DNA of 55,819 nucleotides from Candidatus Micrarchaeota archaeon (GCA_013425335.1 JACCLG010000012.1:1-55819), one strand, 5' to 3'. Positions 19,090-27,529 are shown, counted from the first letter of the stretch. Numbers and translations: made by a program. Notes: generated by a model not told the origin, from the sequence alone.

Positions 19090-19434
19090 ATGAAACAGGT
19101 CATAGTTGTAAGGAGCGATTTGAAGCTCGGGAAGGGAAAGCTGGCAGCCCACGTCTCCCATGCCTCTCTTGCCGGCTATAAGCTGGTTAAAGAGAAAGAG
19201 CCGGAATTCGTTGATGAGTGGGAGAGAGAGGGGGAGAAGAAGATAGTTGTGAAAGTTGAGGGTGAGAGGGAGCTGTTCGAGCTCTATGAGAAAGTAAAGA
19301 AGGAGAGTCCCTGCGTGATAATAAAGGATGCGGGCTTCACCCAGATTCCGCCGGGAACTGTCACCTGCCTAGTTGTAGGCCCCTGGAAGGATGAGGAAGT
19401 TGATAAATTCACGAAGGATTTAAAGCTTCTCTAG
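19090..19434 (+). CDS. pth2: Peptidyl-tRNA hydrolase, archaeal Pth2 type
   Basis: MKQVIVVRSDLKLGKGKLAAHVSHASL.. over 114 aa. Confidence 0.88.
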   Translation: MKQVIVVRSDLKLGKGKLAAHVSHASLAGYKLVKEKEPEFVDEWEREGEKKIVVKVEGERELFELYEKVKKESPCVIIKDAGFTQIPPGTVTCLVVGPWKDEEVDKFTKDLKLL

Positions 19435-20357
19435 TAAACAAACTCCAGCCAGTCGTAATACCTCTCATCCTTTCCTCTCAGTATGCCAAAGAAAGCAGAC
19501 TGCAGCTTCTCAGTTATTTGACCTCTCTTTCCATTTCCTATAACCCTGTCATCAACTTCAACTATTGGAGTGACTTCGGCAGCTGTGCCTGTGAAGAAAG
19601 CCTCATCAGCAATGTAGAGCTCTTCCCTAGGTATGTCCCTTATTATTGTCTCAATTTCCATATCCTTGGCAATTCTCATTATGGAATCCCTTGTAACCCC
19701 TATGAGGATGCCTGCATGCACAGGAGGGGTGATGAGCTTGCCCTGCCTCACTATGAAGATATTCTCTCCGGGCCCTTCGGCTATGTAGCCGCTTATGTTC
19801 TGCAGTATCGCCTCGTCATATCCCGCCTTTGTGGCTTCCATCTTTGCGAGAAGGGAGTTAACATAGTTGCCGGCAGACTTGGCCTGTGGCGGCACAATGA
19901 GTGGGTTTATCCTGCACCAGGAGGATATCTTTGCCCTGACGCCCTTCTCACACTTCTCCCCGAAGTAGTGCCCCCAAGGAACCGCAATCAACGCAACATT
20001 CACACTCAGGCCTTCGGGCTCAAGCCCGATGTGTTCTGCGCCATAAAAGATAATCGGCCTTATGTAGCACTCCTTAACCTTGTTGGCTCTCAGCAGGCTC
20101 AGGGTTGCCTGCCTCAGCTCCTCCTTTGAGTATGGGATTCTCATGCAGTATGTCTTTGCGCTGTTGAAAAGCCTGTTGAGGTGCTCCCTCAGCCTGAAAA
20201 CTGCAGGACCCTTCCCAGTTTCATAGCACCTAAGCCCCTCAAAAATAGCATTGCCGTAATGAAGTGAATGCGTCAGCACATGGATTTTCGCATCCTCAAA
20301 CTTCACGAACTTTCCGTTCATCCAGATTTTTGGGAAATTCTTCACAGATACCACCAA
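19431..20357 (-). CDS. ilvE: Branched-chain amino acid aminotransferase (class IV PLP enzyme)
   Basis: Collinear with IlvE (..HYGNAIFEGLRCY..EGPGENIF..GITRDS-like GVTRDSI). Confidence 0.88.
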   Translation of the reverse strand: MVVSVKNFPKIWMNGKFVKFEDAKIHVLTHSLHYGNAIFEGLRCYETGKGPAVFRLREHLNRLFNSAKTYCMRIPYSKEELRQATLSLLRANKVKECYIRPIIFYGAEHIGLEPEGLSVNVALIAVPWGHYFGEKCEKGVRAKISSWCRINPLIVPPQAKSAGNYVNSLLAKMEATKAGYDEAILQNISGYIAEGPGENIFIVRQGKLITPPVHAGILIGVTRDSIMRIAKDMEIETIIRDIPREELYIADEAFFTGTAAEVTPIVEVDDRVIGNGKRGQITEKLQSAFFGILRGKDERYYDWLEFVY

Positions 20358-20398
20358 TATTATAAATTATCGAGACTTTATAATGTTTGAGGTAAAAC

Positions 20399-21001
20399 AT
20401 GGGATGGCAGGAGACGTTTGAGAAGATTGCTAGCGAGCTTATGAAGAACCCCACGCATGACTTTGAGCACGCCAAGAGGGTCTGCTCAATCTCAATACGC
20501 CTTGCAAGGGAGGAGCATGCAGATGAGGATGTTGTGAAGGCTGCCGCTCTCCTGCATGATGTAGGTTATTCTATTGATGAGAAGGAGCATGAGGGCAAGA
20601 GCATCGAGGTTGCAAAGAGCCTGCTTGAAATGACTGATTTCCCTGAGGAGAAGAAGGAGAAAGTTATCGAGTGCATAAGGGAGCACAGGTTCACCAAAGG
20701 AGAAAAAGCAAGAAGCCTGGAGGCAAAAATACTGCAGGATGCTGACAGGCTGGATGCAATTGGCGCGGTGGGCATTGCCCGATGCTTCTTATGGAGCGGG
20801 GAGCACAGGAAGGTTCTGAAGGAAGCCATTAAGCACTTCAATGAAAAATTGCTGAAGCTGAAGGATACGATGAATACTAAGGGTGGCAGGAAGATGGCTG
20901 AGGAGAGGCATGAATTTATGCTTGAGTTCTTGGAGAAACTTGAAAGCGAGAGAGACGAAACTACTCCTCAAACTTCTGCCACAGGGCCCTCTTATCGTTG
21001 A
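20399..21001 (+). CDS. HD-domain metal-dependent phosphohydrolase
   Basis: H..HD signature (FEHAKRV, LLHDVG, DADRLDAIG). Confidence 0.8.
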   Translation: MGWQETFEKIASELMKNPTHDFEHAKRVCSISIRLAREEHADEDVVKAAALLHDVGYSIDEKEHEGKSIEVAKSLLEMTDFPEEKKEKVIECIREHRFTKGEKARSLEAKILQDADRLDAIGAVGIARCFLWSGEHRKVLKEAIKHFNEKLLKLKDTMNTKGGRKMAEERHEFMLEFLEKLESERDETTPQTSATGPSYR

Positions 21002-21230
21002 GCAGCTCTTTTGCAATTGTGAGGAGCTGCGTGCTGACTCTCAACGCCTCATCCGGAGAGAGCTTTATCGCCTGCGCGCTTGCCGAGTTTATTATTCTTA
21101 CTGTGATGATACCATCTCTTGGAAACCCGTTCACAAGCTGAGGCACCTCGCTCTCCAACCTGAGAGCATTCCTGTGGTTCTCCCCTTTCTCACCCTTCCA
21201 CCAGTGCACGATTTCTTCCTCTATAGGCAT
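20961..21230 (-). CDS. Hypothetical 89-aa protein
   Basis: An ORF with a TTTATAAA box ~35 nt upstream and the 22-bp repeat just beyond it. No recognisable motif. It overlaps the HD gene's 3' end by 41 nt. Confidence 0.35.
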   Translation of the reverse strand: MPIEEEIVHWWKGEKGENHRNALRLESEVPQLVNGFPRDGIITVRIINSASAQAIKLSPDEALRVSTQLLTIAKELLNDKRALWQKFEE

Positions 21231-21275
21231 ATTGGTCGCCGAGTAGAGAGGGTTTTGCTTCCTTTATAAAGCTTA

Positions 21276-21297
21276 GGGAGGGGTAGCTTTCCAGTGA
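21276..21297. repeat. 22-bp exact repeat gggaggggtagctttccagtga, copy 1
   Basis: Identical to 24786-24807. Similarity extends through the adjacent TTATAAA box (about 21254-21297 against 24763-24807). Confidence 0.9.
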
Positions 21298-21972
21298 TTA
21301 GCGCTTGGGCGGGTAATAAATCCTGTAGTAATCGCATAGATTCTTCAAAACGCAAATTTCATGCTTCGGATTCCGTGCCGTGCATATTGTCCTGCCGTGG
21401 ATTATGAAGTTTATGTGGAGGCTCTTCTTCTCCTTGCCAGGAACAAGTTGGTTCATCAGCTCATGCGCCTTCTCAGAGCTCATCTTCTGCGGGACGATTC
21501 CAAGCCTCTTTGCAACCCTTAAGTTGTGCGTGTCAAGAGGCATTACTAGCTTGTTGAACCTGAAGATGAGCAGCACGGCGGCAGTCTTGGGCCCTATCCC
21601 CTTTATTGAGCGGAGGAATGCCGTTGCATCCCTCACAGGCGTCTCCCTCAAAAAATCAAGAGTGAGCCTTCCCCTTCTTCTTTTTATCTCGCCAAGCACG
21701 TGCTTTATCCTCCTCGCCTTTATTCCTGGAAGCCCTCCGGAACGTATGGTTTTTTTGATGCTCCTTGCATCTGCTTTCAAAACCGATTCCCAGCTGGGAT
21801 ATATTTTCTTGAGGTTGGCGAATGCGCGTGATGAGTTCTTGTCAGTTGTATTCTGCGACAGTATTGTCTCAACCAGCGCATCAATCGGGTTTCCCCTGTC
21901 CCTGTAATTGTGCTCGCCGTATTTCTTCTTGAGAAGCTGGATTACTTTTGTTATTTTCTCCTCTTTTTTCAC
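21298..21972 (-). CDS. nth: Endonuclease III-type HhH-GPD DNA glycosylase with C-terminal 4-Cys cluster
   Basis: HhH-GPD region (IKGIGPKTAAVLL), catalytic Asp region, and C-x6-C-x2-C-x5-C (CTARNPKHEICVLKNLC). Confidence 0.88.
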   Translation of the reverse strand: MKKEEKITKVIQLLKKKYGEHNYRDRGNPIDALVETILSQNTTDKNSSRAFANLKKIYPSWESVLKADARSIKKTIRSGGLPGIKARRIKHVLGEIKRRRGRLTLDFLRETPVRDATAFLRSIKGIGPKTAAVLLIFRFNKLVMPLDTHNLRVAKRLGIVPQKMSSEKAHELMNQLVPGKEKKSLHINFIIHGRTICTARNPKHEICVLKNLCDYYRIYYPPKR

Positions 21973-22008
21973 AATTTATTTTAAGGAGTGCGGTATAAAT
22001 TAATTAAC

Positions 22009-22152
22009 ATGAGGAAAGGCATCTGTGTTGTATGCGGCAGGGAGCTGGCAGTCTTCACCTGTAAGCTGTGCGGAGCTTTTATCGGGCCGGCATGCTACGA
22101 TCCTGCAAGCGGCACCTGCATAAAGTGCAGGAAGGGAAGGATGATGCCTTGA
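22009..22152 (+). CDS. Small Cys-rich zinc-ribbon protein (47 aa)
   Basis: Hand translation gives MRKGICVVCGRELAVFTCKLCGAFIGPACYDPASGTCIKCRKGRMMP. A TATAAATTAATTAA box lies immediately upstream. It is below the ORF-track cut-off. Confidence 0.5.
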   Translation: MRKGICVVCGRELAVFTCKLCGAFIGPACYDPASGTCIKCRKGRMMP

Positions 22153-22253
22153 ACGTAAATGGAGTTGCAATTCCGCTTGAGGTTGAAATGCTAGCTGAAA
22201 ATAAGCTTGTTGAAGAGCTCGATGACCTCGCAAAAAGACTGCCGAAGCTGTGA

Positions 22254-23546
22254 CTAGCGGCGTTTTCTCTCGCGCCTTGTTTTCTCCAGCAGCGCCTTAT
22301 CAATGTAGTAGAGAACTATGCCCATAAGCAGGGCGACAATCACTACCGGCCACACATCAATGAGCAGGTAGACTGAAAGGGCTGCAAATGTTATGATGCC
22401 GAGTATTGGGGGGATGGGGTAGAAGGGTATCCTGAATGACGGCTTTGTCCTGCGGTTTATTGCAATTGCGGCATAGTTCACAAGCAGATGGCTTAGGATA
22501 ATCAAGAAGGTTGCAAGGGAGACGACGTATTTCAAATTGACAAAAAGGGCGAATATTGCCATGGGTATGCCTGTGAGCAGTATTGAAACGTAGGGAGTGT
22601 GGAATTGCGGGTGGATGTGGTTTATGAACCTTGGAATCTGGTGGTTCCTGGACATGGAGTAGATTATCCTTGAGACGGAGAGTATGAGCATATGCAGGAC
22701 GGTGGCTGTTGCAAAAATTGCTCCGAGGGATACAACCCAGACAGCCATATCATTGCCTGTCACTTTCATCACATCAGCAAGCGGGGAGCCGGACATTGAA
22801 AGCACCCTGTAGTTGATGACTCCAACTGCGGTAAAGCTGACGAGCAGATAAAGGAATGCAGATATTCCCAGCGAGAGGAGGGTTGAGATTGGAAGCGTTT
22901 TCTGCGGGCATTCCACCTCTTCGGATATTGTGGTGACATCGCAGTACCCCAAGTATGCGAACATCATTATTGCCGCCCCTTCAATTAGACCGGACAGGCC
23001 GTTCGGCAGCAGAGGCTGGAAGTTTGAAAGCTGTATGTATGGTATCCCGAGCAGGACAAAAAGCAGAAGCAGCAGAACCTTGAGGATGACAAGCACGTCG
23101 TTTACTATTTTTGACTGCCTCGCGCCCACGAGGTTGATTAGTGTGAACAGCAGGCATGCGCCAACTGCAAGCAGATTTGCAGGGAAGGACCTGAAAAGAA
23201 AAGCCAAATAGTCGGCCAGGCTCAGGCTCACTGCAGCGCCTGCAACGATGCTTCCGAGTATGAGCATCCAGCCTGTCATGAAGCCAAGGAAAGGAGAAAC
23301 AATCTTGAACACATATTCGTAGGCTCCTCCTTCTTCAGGAATGGCTGAGCAGAGCTCGGCAAAGCTCAAAGCTGTGAACAAGGAGACTATTCCGGCAATG
23401 ATTATTGAAAATATAACTCCCGGGCCTGCCACGCCGGCTGCAGTGCCGACTACGACAAAAATTCCAGCCCCTATGATAACTCCTAAGCCAACTGAAACCG
23501 CATCAAATAGTGTGAGGTTTCTCTTCATCCTATACTGGCTCGCCAT
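22254..23546 (-). CDS. APC-superfamily amino acid permease
   Basis: About 12 hydrophobic segments and an N-terminal ..LTLFDAVSVGLGVIIGAGIF.. signature. The internal ATG (MASQYRMK) is preferred, because a TATTTATATA box lies ~25 nt upstream of it. Confidence 0.85.
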   Translation of the reverse strand: MASQYRMKRNLTLFDAVSVGLGVIIGAGIFVVVGTAAGVAGPGVIFSIIIAGIVSLFTALSFAELCSAIPEEGGAYEYVFKIVSPFLGFMTGWMLILGSIVAGAAVSLSLADYLAFLFRSFPANLLAVGACLLFTLINLVGARQSKIVNDVLVILKVLLLLLFVLLGIPYIQLSNFQPLLPNGLSGLIEGAAIMMFAYLGYCDVTTISEEVECPQKTLPISTLLSLGISAFLYLLVSFTAVGVINYRVLSMSGSPLADVMKVTGNDMAVWVVSLGAIFATATVLHMLILSVSRIIYSMSRNHQIPRFINHIHPQFHTPYVSILLTGIPMAIFALFVNLKYVVSLATFLIILSHLLVNYAAIAINRRTKPSFRIPFYPIPPILGIITFAALSVYLLIDVWPVVIVALLMGIVLYYIDKALLEKTRRERKRR

Positions 23547-23594
23547 ATGTTTTGGTATTGTCCGAAAGTATATAAATACGTGGCATGCTCCCAC

Positions 23595-24746
23595 TTATAA
23601 ATAAGTGCGGGCTTCCTGCTTCATTGACGTTGCCAATGCAACATCTCTCTCCTTTTGCAAGGAATTGCAGGTGTTACTTCCCGTCTGCCCGACGGTAGCT
23701 CTTGTGAGTATGTTACGCGCAGCATTGATGTCCCTGTTGACTATCAATCCGCAGAAAGGGCAGTTGTGCATCCTTTCTATTAGGTCTTTCTGGACTATCT
23801 GGTGGCAGCTGCTGCACTCCTGAGTCGTATACTTCGGGTTTACAAACACAACCCTGCATCCAGCTCCTTCCGCCTTGTATGCAAGCATGTTTGCAAACAT
23901 ATTCCATCCCGCATCATTTATCTGTTTGCCGTAATTCTCCTCTGCCATATCTTGTGAGGCAAGCTTTTCTAATGCGATGAGGGAATATTCATTCACTAAT
24001 TCAATTGAAATCTTGTGTAGGAAGTCTTTCCTTGTGTCTGCTATTTTTTCATGCAGTTTTGCAATTATTATTTTTGCTCTCTTCCTGTTACTGCTTCCTT
24101 TATTTTTCCTTGAGAACTTTCTCTGGATAAAACCAAGCCTGTTCGCATATTGCTTTAGATGCCTTGGATTCTTTATTGTTTTTCCATTTGACAAGGTTGC
24201 AAATGTCTTCAGCCCCAAGTCAATTCCAACCGTTACTCCTCTATTCTCTTTTGGGATTTCCTTGGGCGTATCAACGCAGAAAACAGCAAACCACTTCCCT
24301 GATGCTTCCTTTTTCAGAGTCAGTGTCTTTATTCTACCTTTCATCTCCCTGTGCTTCTTTATTGCAATTTCCCCAAAAGGAGTGACTCTGAGTTTCTTAT
24401 CCAACCAAAACCCACATTCATATTGAGGGTAATTCAGGCTCTTCATCCTGTCAATTGATTTGAAACGTGGGAAGCCGCCTTTTTCCCCTCTTTTCTTCAT
24501 CTCTATCTTCCTATGGAGGGCATCAATCAACCGGTCTACAAGCTCCTGATTAACCTGAGAGAAAAGACCTGACTGTTTGACCATTTCCCTTAATGTTCTC
24601 TTTGTTGGGAATCTCTGGTAGTTGTTGTAAATCTCTTTGGTAAAGGCAAGCATTTCATTCCAGAGTTCCTTGGATACCCACAGGTGCCTTTGCATTTTCT
24701 CTTCCTGCTTCTTGGAAGGGTAGATTCTGAATTTGTAGGCTCGCAT
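23595..24746 (-). CDS. tnpB: TnpB (IS200/IS605 OrfB, RuvC-like RNA-guided nuclease family)
   Basis: N-terminus MRAYKFRIYPSKKQ, RuvC-I GIDLG, RuvC-II ALEKL, zinc finger CSSC..CPFCG, RuvC-III NRDINAARNI. All three acidic residues are present. Confidence 0.9.
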   Translation of the reverse strand: MRAYKFRIYPSKKQEEKMQRHLWVSKELWNEMLAFTKEIYNNYQRFPTKRTLREMVKQSGLFSQVNQELVDRLIDALHRKIEMKKRGEKGGFPRFKSIDRMKSLNYPQYECGFWLDKKLRVTPFGEIAIKKHREMKGRIKTLTLKKEASGKWFAVFCVDTPKEIPKENRGVTVGIDLGLKTFATLSNGKTIKNPRHLKQYANRLGFIQRKFSRKNKGSSNRKRAKIIIAKLHEKIADTRKDFLHKISIELVNEYSLIALEKLASQDMAEENYGKQINDAGWNMFANMLAYKAEGAGCRVVFVNPKYTTQECSSCHQIVQKDLIERMHNCPFCGLIVNRDINAARNILTRATVGQTGSNTCNSLQKERDVALATSMKQEARTYL

Positions 24747-24785
24747 AGACGTTATTTACGTTGATTTCTCTCCTTATAAACCTCT

Positions 24786-24807
24786 GGGAGGGGTAGCTTT
24801 CCAGTGA
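24786..24807. repeat. 22-bp exact repeat gggaggggtagctttccagtga, copy 2
   Basis: Identical to 21276-21297. It lies just upstream, in minus-strand sense, of the TTTATAA box that precedes the tnpB ATG by ~30 nt. Confidence 0.9.
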
Positions 24808-24882
24808 AGGTGAATTTATGTGCAAAGCCCTAGGCTGTGAAAGGATAAAATGATTTGCCCCCAAATCGGTAACGGTGATGGC

Positions 24883-25278
24883 ATGGGATTGAGTTACACA
24901 AGTATCAGAGTTAAGGATTTGAAGAAATCCGTGGAGTTCTACACGAAATATCTCGGAATGAAGATTATTGGCAGGAAGAGCTGGGTTCCCGGAGAGAAGA
25001 TTGTGATGCTTCTCAGCAAGGATACGGGGCAGCGCATCAACCTGATGCACTTCTCAAAAGGCTGCATGTGGTATACTCCTTACAAGGAGAACGGCTCTGA
25101 GCTGGACCACCTCATGTTCGAAGTTGATGACGCCAAGAAGCTCTACAATAAACTGGTGGCAAAGGGCGCTCCTGCCGCAACAGAGCTCTGGGAGCACGGC
25201 GACATGACCATGGGGTATGTAAAGGACCCGAACGGCATAGGGATTGGGGTAAGGAGCGAAAGCAGAAAGAAGAAGTAG
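24883..25278 (+). CDS. VOC / glyoxalase I family protein
   Basis: GLSYTSIRVKDLKKSVEFYTKYLGMK.. and ..GYVKDPNGIGIGV form the paired beta-alpha-beta-beta-beta module pattern. ATG at 24883 is preferred. Confidence 0.75.
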   Translation: MGLSYTSIRVKDLKKSVEFYTKYLGMKIIGRKSWVPGEKIVMLLSKDTGQRINLMHFSKGCMWYTPYKENGSELDHLMFEVDDAKKLYNKLVAKGAPAATELWEHGDMTMGYVKDPNGIGIGVRSESRKKK

Positions 25279-25372
25279 AATTCGCAGTTTATGCGCCAGT
25301 TTCAGTCGGGTATAAATCACGCCTTTGAAAACAGGTAACAGCATACCGAAAGACAGGTTTAAATGGCGAAAA

Positions 25373-26344
25373 ATGCATAATATGGTTATGGAAAGGCATG
25401 CTGAAGTGCCTCGGGAAGAAAAGCCTATCAGGAACCATATAGAGGAAGTTCGGCAGAAGCCTCTCCTGAGAGAGCTTGCCAACTCGCTGAAACCATTTGA
25501 GCTCACTTCCGAAGCGCTTATTTTTACAAGGCATGGCTATGCATCAGCTCTGACTGAAAGTGCAGTCAAGCAGCTGGAAGAGCTGGCAAGGATGAGCACA
25601 AAGGTAGACAGGAAGAACGTCTACGAACTGAACATAAGCGGGGTTGGCGAGATTCTTGGTAAGGTTACACTCGTTAAAACGTTTGTTTTGCCTTCACAGG
25701 ACAGGATTCTGGCTGTCAAAAGAGACGGCGATTTGGAAATTCCGGGGGCGAGAGTGCCGAGAACACCTCTGGAGGAGTACAAGAGAGAGGAGGAGGTGAA
25801 GGACCGCAGCACCATTGGCTCACTGCTTCTTGGAGTTATAAACAAACACGAAAAACGTGACATCGAACTGCTTGAAACATTTGAGGACCGTTTCCACGAG
25901 ATATTTGTGAGGAAGGGCATTACGCTTGACGAGATTCTGAGCGCACAATGGGAGATGGTGGCAAACACTGGCAGATCTGCACATACAAAATATTATGATG
26001 AGAGGGTGAAGGAAGCAGGTGGGGCGGTCTTCGGCACCCACATACACCTTGAGACGCTGATGCCTTCACCCTATGATATCTATACGGATGCAGGGCCAAG
26101 GCAGAGCATTGAGTGGACAGGTATAATGCTCGTGCGAAGGCAGGGCTGGTGGGACACAACGATTAGAGATGAGAATTTCGCAGTGTTCCACTCGGATGTA
26201 AACGATCCCAGGTGGCTCAGGAAAATAGTGAAGGCGCTGAGCGATGAGAATTTCGTGGAGCCGTACTATATGCAGATGGATTTCTTGCAGGAAAACAGGG
26301 CAAGGATGACGAAGTACGGTGAGCTGCTGGAAAAATTGGGATAA
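25373..26344 (+). CDS. Hypothetical protein with an MPN/JAB-like motif in its C-terminal half
   Basis: GAVFGTHIHLETLMPSPYD reads as HxH-x6-S-x2-D, preceded ~70 aa earlier by IGSLLLGV (compare the E-x-x-G-x-L-x-G strand of JAB domains). The start is uncertain: ATGs at 25373, 25382 and 25388. Confidence 0.5.
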   Translation: MHNMVMERHAEVPREEKPIRNHIEEVRQKPLLRELANSLKPFELTSEALIFTRHGYASALTESAVKQLEELARMSTKVDRKNVYELNISGVGEILGKVTLVKTFVLPSQDRILAVKRDGDLEIPGARVPRTPLEEYKREEEVKDRSTIGSLLLGVINKHEKRDIELLETFEDRFHEIFVRKGITLDEILSAQWEMVANTGRSAHTKYYDERVKEAGGAVFGTHIHLETLMPSPYDIYTDAGPRQSIEWTGIMLVRRQGWWDTTIRDENFAVFHSDVNDPRWLRKIVKALSDENFVEPYYMQMDFLQENRARMTKYGELLEKLG

Positions 26345-26405
26345 ATGAAAAGGTAATGGGAACTTTTGAGACTTTTTAACCCAAAATTAGGTGAACATTA
26401 CGGGT

Positions 26406-26436
26406 TATAGAAACAATTTTTAAGCTATAGAAACAA
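26406..26436. promoter_or_regulatory. Two 11-bp direct repeats TATAGAAACAA spaced 20 bp apart, immediately upstream of the AbrB-repeat gene
   Basis: The copies lie at 26406-26416 and 26426-26436, and the gene's ATG is at 26446. This is a candidate TATA box and/or operator. Confidence 0.4.
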
Positions 26437-26445
26437 AATTTAGGC

Positions 26446-27498
26446 ATGAATAAAGTAATTGACAAAGAACCGCATTTATTCAACCCGTACTTCTTGGTGT
26501 GCCGGCAACCCCTTGAAAAGCCAGGGCAGATTACGACGTTCTGGGAGAGTACTACCGGCATTGATGGCAAGAAAAATCCAAGGTTTGATGAACTTGCATT
26601 CTCGATGAGAGTTGTAACAAACTCTGATAATGCCCTTCAGGAAGCTAAAATAAGCGACAGGAGGAAGCAGCTAACCGCAAAGTTTGACAAATGCTGCAAT
26701 CCTGTGGAGGGTTCTTACGCTCCTGAGCATGAGCAGTTGGCAAAGGACTACGGAAGCAGACTCAGAATCTTTCTCAGTGATGTTGGCATAACCACGGAAG
26801 GACCTTCAGCTACTCCGCAGCAACTCTTCAAACCGCATGCAATGGGGAATGAGGGGCAGAAAACAAAGGCGGTTGCGCGCTCTTTTGAAATGACCGCAAA
26901 ACTTCAAGCGGTAGGGAATATATATCGCACGACAATCCCTACAGAGGTAGCAAGAGCCATGAACCTAAGAGGCGGCATGCAGGTCGAGTGGACTCCTTAT
27001 GAAAAATACTTCGCTGTTGAGCCTGTGGAAGGACACAGATATACGGCAAGGATATGGCGCAATGCGGAGAGCATGGTTATATCAGTAAAAACAAGGCTTG
27101 TGGATGAGATGGGGCTATCCGAGGGGATGAAAATGCATTGGGGTGGAGAGAAAGATAATCTAATCCTGATGAAAGGAGCGGACAATCCCTCTAACACTAC
27201 GACCTTGCATAAAGGCCGGGTGTATTGGGTAGCAGCAAAAGCAGAAGTGGTGGAGAGGGTGCAACTCATAGAAGGACAGCAGGTTGAGATGGTTAGGCAC
27301 GGAGAGGAAATCATTGTAAAGCCGCATGACAAGCCGTTATACTTCAGTTCTGTCATTGAAAGTAGGACCGAATTTCCGAGGTTTTATCTGGATATACCGG
27401 GAGAGATAGCTGCGGGAAAGGGTTTGGCGAAAGGCATGGAAATCGGTTTCAGAATAAATGAACAGGAACAGCTCCTCGTCATTCCAAAGCAGTCTTGA
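26446..27498 (+). CDS. Protein with four tandem AbrB/SpoVT-like (swapped-hairpin) repeats after a ~140-aa unknown N-terminal region
   Basis: Four ~45-aa repeats fit the pattern h-x-IP-x-E-h-x(4)-L-x-x-G-x-x-V-x-W/M/F..h-h-V-x-P. They are YRTTIPTEVARAMNLRGGMQVEW, ISVKTRLVDEMGLSEGMKMHW, VAAKAEVVERVQLIEGQQVEMV and FYLDIPGEIAAGKGLAKGMEIGF. Confidence 0.62.
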   Translation: MNKVIDKEPHLFNPYFLVCRQPLEKPGQITTFWESTTGIDGKKNPRFDELAFSMRVVTNSDNALQEAKISDRRKQLTAKFDKCCNPVEGSYAPEHEQLAKDYGSRLRIFLSDVGITTEGPSATPQQLFKPHAMGNEGQKTKAVARSFEMTAKLQAVGNIYRTTIPTEVARAMNLRGGMQVEWTPYEKYFAVEPVEGHRYTARIWRNAESMVISVKTRLVDEMGLSEGMKMHWGGEKDNLILMKGADNPSNTTTLHKGRVYWVAAKAEVVERVQLIEGQQVEMVRHGEEIIVKPHDKPLYFSSVIESRTEFPRFYLDIPGEIAAGKGLAKGMEIGFRINEQEQLLVIPKQS

Positions 27499-27529
27499 CA
27501 TGCCTTCATGAAATCCATTTAACCGACCG

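Larger units (their letters stand above)
23560..24810 (-). mobile_element. TnpB-only IS200/IS605-type (IS1341-like) element; ends not defined
   Basis: tnpB has no tnpA in the window. The right end must lie inside the 48-nt gap before the permease start. The left end is set arbitrarily at the 22-bp repeat. Confidence 0.4.

Noticed and set aside
20883-21269. 128-aa plus-strand ORF overlapping the HD gene's 3' end
   Set aside because: It has odd composition. The opposite-strand 89-aa ORF has a TATA box and better composition, though it too is low-confidence.
22068-22253. A possible programmed frameshift joining the 47-aa zinc-ribbon ORF (22009-22152) to the overlapping -1 frame, whose tail (..VAIPLEVEMLAENKLVEELDDLAKRLPKL) looks helical and protein-like
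   Set aside because: There is no X-XXY-YYZ slippery heptamer or downstream structure at the frame junction. A sequencing indel or chance open frame is equally likely. I noted it only as something to re-check in reads.
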